A stretch of 64,000 nucleotides of DNA, taken from Spirochaetota bacterium. GTDB lineage: Bacteria > Spirochaetota > Spirochaetia > Treponematales > UBA12059. The DNA is taken from positions 24,626 to 88,625 of the forward strand of contig JAKPPT010000092.1 of NCBI GenBank assembly GCA_029547205.1, in the 5' to 3' direction. The position numbers were made by a program, and so were the translations under genes. The notes under the pieces are model-generated. The model had not been told where the DNA came from. It saw only the letters and a list, made by a program, of their open reading frames with translations, and did not search any database. Shown in pieces: positions 59,350 through 64,000 of this stretch (its first letter is position 1; every line of letters begins with the position of its first letter).

Positions 59350-59901
59350 ATGACAAATAACGATATTGTCCCTGGTTTCGATGATGAAAAAGATGACAGC
59401 CTCAAAATACGTCTTCAAAAAGTCGATGAAGTGGAAAACTGTATCGCTATGTATCTTACAGGTTATATCGATACATACAATTCTATTTTCTTCCAGAAAC
59501 GGATCAATAAAGCTATTGAAGCAGGCTTTAATAAGCTCATTTTTAACTGTGCAGCTTTAAACTACGTTTCATCAACCGGTATTGGATCTTTCACAGCATT
59601 TCTTAAATCGGTTAAACCTCGCGGTGGAGATATAGTACTATTCGAAATTCAACCAAAAGTGTACGAAGTATTCCAACTCCTGGGCTTTTCACAATTTTTT
59701 AATATCCGAGACAGCCTTGATGATGCTATTCTCTTTTTCAAGCAAGGCACCACGGTATCAACACAATCTGTATTCCCTAAAATTTTTAACTGCCCTATCT
59801 GCAATAAAAAGCTCAAAGCTGCAAAACCCGGCAGATTCCGCTGTTCGGAATGTAAAACAATTCTTGCAATTGATAATCAGGGACAGGTTTTCCTGGGTTA
59901 A
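59350..59901 (+). CDS. STAS-domain (anti-sigma-factor antagonist-like) protein with C-terminal zinc ribbon
   Basis: 183 aa. NYVSSTGIGSF resembles the SpoIIAA phospho-Ser loop. C-terminal CPIC...CSEC. Confidence 0.65.
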   Translation: MTNNDIVPGFDDEKDDSLKIRLQKVDEVENCIAMYLTGYIDTYNSIFFQKRINKAIEAGFNKLIFNCAALNYVSSTGIGSFTAFLKSVKPRGGDIVLFEIQPKVYEVFQLLGFSQFFNIRDSLDDAILFFKQGTTVSTQSVFPKIFNCPICNKKLKAAKPGRFRCSECKTILAIDNQGQVFLG

Positions 59902-59923
59902 CTACTATACAAGGAGCTAAAGC

Positions 59924-60310
59924 ATGGCTGATATAAACACGATAGAAACCTTTCTCATCGACAACAATATTGGTTTTAAAGAGCTCGACCCAACCACACT
60001 CTATATCGAAGATGCAGCTAATTCAATTCCTGGACTCTTTATCGCTGTAAACGATCCAATCGTCGTCGTCAAAGCACGGGTTATGACACTGCCAAACGCT
60101 CCTAACATTCAGTTTTTCAAAAAACTGCTTGAATTAAATGCAAAAGATCTACCTCATGGGGCATATGGCCTCGATGGTGATGATGTTGTGCTTGTCGATA
60201 CCTTAGAACTTAACACACTCGACAAAGAGGAACTCATGGCATCGATAGATTCAATCAGTTTTGCACTGGTAAACCATTATTCAATCTTAAAAAAAACGAT
60301 TACTGCATAA
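59924..60310 (+). CDS. YbjN/CesT-like small acidic protein
   Basis: 128 aa. Composition and length are typical of YbjN-type chaperone-like proteins. Weak assignment. Confidence 0.4.
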   Translation: MADINTIETFLIDNNIGFKELDPTTLYIEDAANSIPGLFIAVNDPIVVVKARVMTLPNAPNIQFFKKLLELNAKDLPHGAYGLDGDDVVLVDTLELNTLDKEELMASIDSISFALVNHYSILKKTITA

Positions 60311-60340
60311 ACATGCAGACATAGTAAAGGGGGCATTACA

Positions 60341-61042
60341 ATGGGAATATTTGATCGTCTGAAAACCTTAATTTCTTCAAATATCAATGACTTGATTTCC
60401 AAAGCAGAGAATCCAGAAAAAATGCTTAACCAGCTCATTCTCGATATGAATCAGCAAATGGTTGAATCAAAAAAAGCTGTAGCAATGGCTATTGCTGATG
60501 AAAAACGGCTTGAGCGTGAAATGCTCGAACAAAAGCGCCAGGCAGAGGATTGGGAAAAGAAAGCCATGCTCGCAGTCAAAGCTGGCAGAGATGATCTTGC
60601 AAAAGAGGCACTGCTCAGAAAGGCTGAGGCAGAGAATTACTACAATCAACTCAAACCACAGTGGGAATCTCAACGAGCATCGGTTGAAAAACTCAAGGAG
60701 TCACTGCGAGAACTTCAAAACAAAATTGATGAAGCAAGCCGTAAGAAAAATATTCTTATTGCCCGAGCTAAACGAGCAGAAGCACAGGAAAAAATTCAAA
60801 AAACTATGGGCTCGCTTCAAAACAACAAAAGCGCTTTTGAAACATTTGACCGTATGGCCAAAAAAGTTGATGAAATGGAAGCTAGAATTGAGGCTCAAGC
60901 TGAACTAGCTGATCTTTCAAGTTCTGCATCACTAGAAAAAGAATTTGCTAAGCTAGGCAATTCTTCTGCTTCAGCAGACCTGTTGCTCGAAGAACTCAAA
61001 CAAAAAATGCAGCAGGAAGGCCAGACCGGCACTCAAAATTAA
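60341..61042 (+). CDS. pspA: PspA/IM30 family protein
   Basis: MGIFDRLKTLISSNINDLISKAENPEKMLNQLILDM is the family's N-terminal signature. The rest is a long coiled coil. Confidence 0.88.
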   Translation: MGIFDRLKTLISSNINDLISKAENPEKMLNQLILDMNQQMVESKKAVAMAIADEKRLEREMLEQKRQAEDWEKKAMLAVKAGRDDLAKEALLRKAEAENYYNQLKPQWESQRASVEKLKESLRELQNKIDEASRKKNILIARAKRAEAQEKIQKTMGSLQNNKSAFETFDRMAKKVDEMEARIEAQAELADLSSSASLEKEFAKLGNSSASADLLLEELKQKMQQEGQTGTQN

Positions 61043-61162
61043 GCCCCGGTATTCTTCTTAGCACCGCAAGTAAATTACCTCATTAAAAATACGAGCCAAC
61101 AGCCATATGAGCCAACAGCCATGCCTTAATAAAATGCCCTAATAAAAATCTTGGAGCCGTTT

Positions 61163-61580
61163 GGTGCCAGGTTTCAAAATAGCCATTTGGTGCCAGGTTT
61201 CGTTCCAAGTGCAGATATAGAGAAAAACCGGTGCCAGGTATCGCTATAAATCCCAAAGTCTGTGACAAGCAAGAAGGCCGGTGCCAGGTTTCCCATTTGT
61301 GTCATTTGGAGGTGCCAGGTATCCCCACTGGTACCCTACAGCTTCAACAAAAGTTAGCAATGGAGCGATTGGTGCCAGGTATCCCCACTGGTACCCCACA
61401 GCTTCAACAAAAGTTAGCAATGGAGCGATTGGTGCCAGGTATCAGTATGGGATTGGTGCCAGGTATCGCTATACCAGGTTTCCCATTTGTGTCATTTGGA
61501 GGTGCCAGGTATCCCCACTGGTGCCCCACAGCTTCAACAAAAGTTAGCAATGGAGCGATTGGTGCCAGGTATCAGTATGG
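61163..61580. repeat. Intergenic repeat cluster F (~11 copies, GGTGCCAGG orientation) with 60-bp tandem units
   Basis: The 60-bp unit GGTGCCAGGTATCCCCACTGGTACCC(T/C)ACAGCTTCAACAAAAGTTAGCAATGGAGCGATT occurs at 61311, 61371 and 61501. Confidence 0.92.
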
Positions 61581-61625
61581 AGCGGCCTATTTACAAAATA
61601 CCGTAATACTGTACAATGAAGATTA

Positions 61626-62798
61626 ATGAAATTTGCCTCAAGAATATTGCACCCTGCGGTATATATTTGCTGGTTTCTGGTTTTAGTTTTCTCAGCTTGC
61701 AAACAAGCAGAAACCACCACAAAACCTCCGAATCCTCATGAATCGGTCAAATTTTCTGTGACACTATCAAAAACAGAACCTGAAATTGTCTATTTTGATG
61801 CAGACAGGCCACTCAACGAAGCTTTTTCTCTTACGAAACCTGGCACCAAAGCGTTATTACCTTATCCACTCCAAAAGCGGCCTGCGCTTTTTGTTCCGTT
61901 GGACAAATCCTCAATACTTCTCTTAGTTAACAAAGTAGGCTTTGTTCAACTCACTTTTACAGCAAACGCAGATGTATCTACAACGATACAATTTGATTCT
62001 CCAGTCTCTGTTGAAGGTGTACCAGTAAACCAGTACTCTGCAGGTTCAGTTTGGCAAACGAATAATCACCAATATCTACTATTGTATAAAGATCATGTAC
62101 TCGACACTGACTGGGCAGCAACAGTTTTATTTGAATTTTCTGGTGACACTGTCTCACGGATAGAAATCCCACCACATCCTGAAAATAAACGCTATGAACC
62201 GTACTGGATTTTCCCAACAAGCGAAAACACCTGGCTTATCCAATATCGTTACATAATTGGAGACCGATCGTATACAACATATGCTTCATGGGACCGTAAA
62301 CACAATAAACTTTCGGAGCTCACACGCACCTCTTTTGAACGCCAACTCACTCCAATCACCTTTGAAAAAGCTCCTGCACCCATTCGTCTCATAGCTGAAC
62401 ATATATCAGAACCCGTTCTATTAGAGTACCGTGATAGCAATGGAGCCATTCATTATATCAATAACAAAAATCTCGATGATGCTGTTCTTGGCATCGCAGA
62501 AACCAACAATTACGGCACTTTTGTCCTTCTGGAAGATGGCCGATACTGGATCGCTCGGGGACAGGTACCACCATCAGTTTCTTCATCTGAAAATCAAACA
62601 ATCACTCCGAAACAACAGCAATCAGCAATATCCTTTTCAGGAACACCACCAGTGACTATAGGGCAGGCTACTGTACCTGTTGATGATGTTCATTTTAGAA
62701 ATGCAATATTGACTGATACCGTGTTTATCAGCACCTGGGAAGAAAATGGTTTTCCAGAGACGGGAATGAGCGGTCTCTTTCTTTTTCAGCTTCCGTAA
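61626..62798 (+). CDS. Hypothetical lipoprotein
   Basis: 390 aa with a lipobox-like LVFSAC. Contains one exact motif copy at 61835-61847, read as KPGT. Confidence 0.55.
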   Translation: MKFASRILHPAVYICWFLVLVFSACKQAETTTKPPNPHESVKFSVTLSKTEPEIVYFDADRPLNEAFSLTKPGTKALLPYPLQKRPALFVPLDKSSILLLVNKVGFVQLTFTANADVSTTIQFDSPVSVEGVPVNQYSAGSVWQTNNHQYLLLYKDHVLDTDWAATVLFEFSGDTVSRIEIPPHPENKRYEPYWIFPTSENTWLIQYRYIIGDRSYTTYASWDRKHNKLSELTRTSFERQLTPITFEKAPAPIRLIAEHISEPVLLEYRDSNGAIHYINNKNLDDAVLGIAETNNYGTFVLLEDGRYWIARGQVPPSVSSSENQTITPKQQQSAISFSGTPPVTIGQATVPVDDVHFRNAILTDTVFISTWEENGFPETGMSGLFLFQLP

Positions 62799-62868
62799 TG
62801 TTTCATAATATTGTAAAACTCATTGAATCTATCATCGAGATGAGTATATAGTAAGATAAGAGGAAGCT

Positions 62869-63645
62869 ATGAAATATCGGTGCCAGGTATCAAAAAAGGT
62901 TTTCCGTTTATCAAAACATGCAATCAAAAAATATTTGTGCATCCTTGCTATTTTTTTAACATCGTATTCCGTTTTTGCCTTTGATATTACTCATGCAGGC
63001 GGATCACTCGGTGTGCTCATCATCAATAATACGGTTCCCGAATCAGCACCGAACCCGGTTGTAAATACCATTGGTGGATTTGCCAATTTTACATTTACTT
63101 CGGTGCCAGGTTTCGCCCCTGGTTCTTCGGTGCCAGGTTTCGCCCCTGGTTTTTTCCTCTCAACAGCTCTCGACATACTCTGGCTCAATTATGAAAACCG
63201 AGACGGTATTGCTGTGCCTACAGAAACAGAAACTGGTAACGGCAATAACGTTTTTGTTATCGGTTTACTGCTCGATGTACCGTTAGGATATGTATTTTAT
63301 TTTGGACCGCCTGTTACCGAATCATTACCGCATCGATTTTCAGCTACCTTACTTGCAGGCACATCTTTTTTATTTCGTATCTGCATGAATGGTGATACAA
63401 CCGAAGCTTATGCAAGCGTGATGGAACAAAACCGCATTGCTGTTGCCCAGTACCTCTGGGGGAATGGTAGGTGGTTTTATCCAATGATAAGCGGGAAATT
63501 CGGTATTGTGCTTCAAGAAACGTTTACATTCACAGTAGGCGCAAAGTGGTACATCCCCATATTCAATCTTTGGACAACCGATGATAATTCATTTTTCAAT
63601 GCAAGTATGCTGGCAATTCAGCTTGCAATGCAAATTTCCCTGTAA
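62869..63645 (+). CDS. Hypothetical exported/OM protein with repeat-derived segments
   Basis: 258 aa with a hydrophobic N-terminus. Motif copies at codons 3-8 (YRCQVS) and in SVPGFAPGSSVPGFAPG. Confidence 0.5.
   Translation: MKYRCQVSKKVFRLSKHAIKKYLCILAIFLTSYSVFAFDITHAGGSLGVLIINNTVPESAPNPVVNTIGGFANFTFTSVPGFAPGSSVPGFAPGFFLSTALDILWLNYENRDGIAVPTETETGNGNNVFVIGLLLDVPLGYVFYFGPPVTESLPHRFSATLLAGTSFLFRICMNGDTTEAYASVMEQNRIAVAQYLWGNGRWFYPMISGKFGIVLQETFTFTVGAKWYIPIFNLWTTDDNSFFNASMLAIQLAMQISL
63099..63149. repeat. Two in-CDS copies of TTCGGTGCCAGGTTTCGCCCCTGG
   Basis: Copies at 63099-63122 and 63126-63149, 27 nt apart. Their 22-mer core is identical to the intergenic copy at 55894-55915. Confidence 0.9.
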
Positions 63646-63662
63646 AAGGCAGAACAGACACT

Positions 63663-64000
63663 ATGCGCTCACATCATTTTCAACACGACGAACCGTCTGA
63701 CATCCTGCGAGTTGCTGTTGATGCAGGCCGGCTAATGCTTGAAGCTGGAGCTGAAACATACCGTGCAGAAGAAACGATGGCAGGCATAGCTCAAAATTTA
63801 GGAGCACTTGAAACCGAAAGTTTTGCACTACCTACTGGCATCATGGCTTCTACTGTTGATATTCAGGGGAACAGCATATCGACAGTCCGAAGGATTCGTA
63901 CTCGATCCATTAACCTTGAAAAAATCTGTAAGCTTGAAACACTTACCAAAATGTCAGGTAGACATACACTCGACAGCCTCGAACGTGAATTATGTATCAT
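63663..64000 (+). CDS. ThrE/YjjP (DUF1212) family exporter protein, 3' end cut by window edge
   Basis: Absent from the track because it is edge-truncated. My own translation reads MRSHHFQHDEPSDILRVAVDAGRLMLEAGAETYRAEETMAGIAQNLG..., typical of the ThrE N-terminal domain. Confidence 0.65.
   Translation, partial: MRSHHFQHDEPSDILRVAVDAGRLMLEAGAETYRAEETMAGIAQNLGALETESFALPTGIMASTVDIQGNSISTVRRIRTRSINLEKICKLETLTKMSGRHTLDSLERELCI

Noticed and set aside
61231-61626. Track ORFs 61231-61626 and 61281-61547 as genes
   Set aside because: Same artefact, inside repeat cluster F. Their sequence is a periodic read-through of the 60-bp units.

Overview
Moderately AT-rich chromosomal window. The gene content looks spirochaete or Treponema-like, but this is inferred from proteins I recognise; no search was run. 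I support about 52 protein genes, most of them housekeeping or envelope genes. The main groups are:
- Translation and replication: fusA, era, and the conserved ffs-dnaX-ybaB-recR block.
- Metabolism: an aroD/aroE fusion, a tryptophanase/tyrosine phenol-lyase family enzyme, 6-phosphogluconolactonase, NDH-2 and a polyprenyl synthase.
- Transport: mntP, a CorA-like protein, two MsbA-type ABC exporters, an ABC-2 exporter and two MFS transporters.
- Signalling: an MCP, a GGDEF cyclase and a PilZ protein.
- Two operons of interest: STAS-YbjN-PspA, and a seven-gene envelope operon (two FtsX permeases, a LolA-like protein, three beta-barrel candidates and an MGDG-synthase-like glycosyltransferase).
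- RNA genes: an SRP RNA and tRNA-Ser(GGA).
- hppA (membrane pyrophosphatase) is disrupted by a frameshift plus an in-frame TGA.

The outstanding signal is a short repeat with no stop codon in any of the six frames, GA(A/T)ACCTGGCACC (reverse GGTGCCAGGT(A/T)TC). By hand count it occurs on the order of 90 times.
- It fills six intergenic clusters, including a ~1.4 kb single-orientation array at 57798-59221.
- It sits in frame inside several ORFs: dnaX, an ABC exporter linker, an MFS loop and a putative OM protein.
- It surrounds a visibly AT-rich REP-associated tyrosine transposase (RAYT) gene beside tRNA-Ser.

I read this as an expansive REP/RAYT-type system that also remodels proteins. One repeat subfamily mimics the -24/-12 spacing of sigma-54 promoters, upstream of the PspA operon.

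A second, possibly related motif, TTAGTGTCAYGAAG, sits directly 3' of five stop codons.

The ORF track omits edge-truncated genes; I added both (1-824 and 63663-64000).
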